Assembly: GCF_963921235.1 (NCBI RefSeq)
Contig: NC_086108.1
Span: forward strand, 15,004,001-15,068,000
Source of the DNA: Mobula hypostoma
Lineage: Eukaryota
Length of the DNA stretch: 64,000 nt
Direction: 5' to 3'
The first letter of the stretch is position 1, and each line of letters begins with the position of its first letter. The notes beneath the pieces are model-generated. The model worked only from the letters and a program-made list of their open reading frames with translations. It was not told the DNA's origin and made no database searches. Made by a program: the position numbers and the translations under genes. This document shows positions 63,052 to 64,000 of this stretch, piece after piece.

Positions 63052-64000
63052 CCCTCTAGATGACATCACTTAACTAAGCTTGACATGAGGTGTTGGTGAT
63101 TATTATCACAGCACTGATTGAGGAACTGGGTTGGCACCTTATACAAAATTGTGTATTTTCAAAGCACACTATGGAATGGCCCTCCTGCCATATCACACCT
63201 TTAAGTAACAAGATGATCAAGAGCAGAGAACAGTAGAAAAGATGCATTTTTATAATATGCATCCCAAAGTATTTTACAGCTTCTAAGTCTTGCATATAGG
63301 AAGCACAGCAACCAATTTGCACATAGCAAGCTTCATCTAGTAGGAATATAATGATTGATTAACTTCCTATAGTGGTGGTGGTTGATGAATGTCATCTAGG
63401 ACATTGGAGTTAACATCCTAGTTCTTTGCAGTAAGATTTTGGGATCATTTGCATTAATCTGAGAGGGCAGCTGGGGTCTTGGTTTGATACATCTAAATGG
63501 CAGACCTCTAATAGCAAGCACTCTCTCATCACTGCCTTCCCAATGGTGCAGTAATTGATTGCACAAAAGTTCCCTCATTCCTGCCTCTCCAAAGATGCAC
63601 CAAGGCATGATCCTTGGGCTCTTAATTTCTGAAGATGATCATTGAATCTGCAATCTTCTGACTTGAGAGAATGTTAAGTGAGTCATATCAAAACAAGGAC
63701 AAAATATAAACTGAAGTAGTTGCAACTGTCCCTTCTTATTCCTCTTTTCCTTTCTGGGGAAGCTGAAACTTTTGGTTGTTGGGTGTTCTGGAGCTCATAC
63801 TTACAACGTGAGCACTATTAACGTATTTATCATTACGTTTATTATTTTCTGTATTACAACAACTGTGCTTCAAAATGTTCAGAGGGATGTACAGGGAAAA
63901 GATAATGTTGATCCTATACCAGCTGAGTCAGAAGAGATTATTTTGAGGACTGTGAAATTGGCAGAGAAGTTAAATATTCTGTGCCAGTCAATCATTCAAT

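Overview
Eukaryotic, repeat-dense vertebrate genomic DNA, most likely a cartilaginous fish such as a ray or shark. This is inferred from the abundant CR1 LINEs, V-SINE/HE1-like SINEs, Rex1/Babar and Neptune-type Penelope elements. The only host coding sequence I can support is the first coding exon of roquin-1 (RC3H1, RING domain; ATG 58796, donor after 59026). A probable promoter and non-coding exon 1 lie near 31.7-31.9 kb, and a second GC-rich, possibly bidirectional promoter lies near 13.8-14.1 kb. Almost all other ORFs are retroelement remnants or their antisense shadows. The most interesting signal is a Penelope-like element (PLE) family whose terminal repeat carries a minimal type I hammerhead ribozyme motif (CTGACGA...GAAACGTC). 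It occurs as 5'-truncated copies, as an inverted-repeat copy, and as tiny fold-back insertions with 12-14 bp target-site duplications (TSDs). Several of these sit in the predicted RC3H1 introns. Hammerheads in PLEs are known in general; the specific fold-back products and their possible effect on the host transcript are inference. All calls were made by eye without database searches, and repeat boundaries are approximate unless a TSD is quoted.
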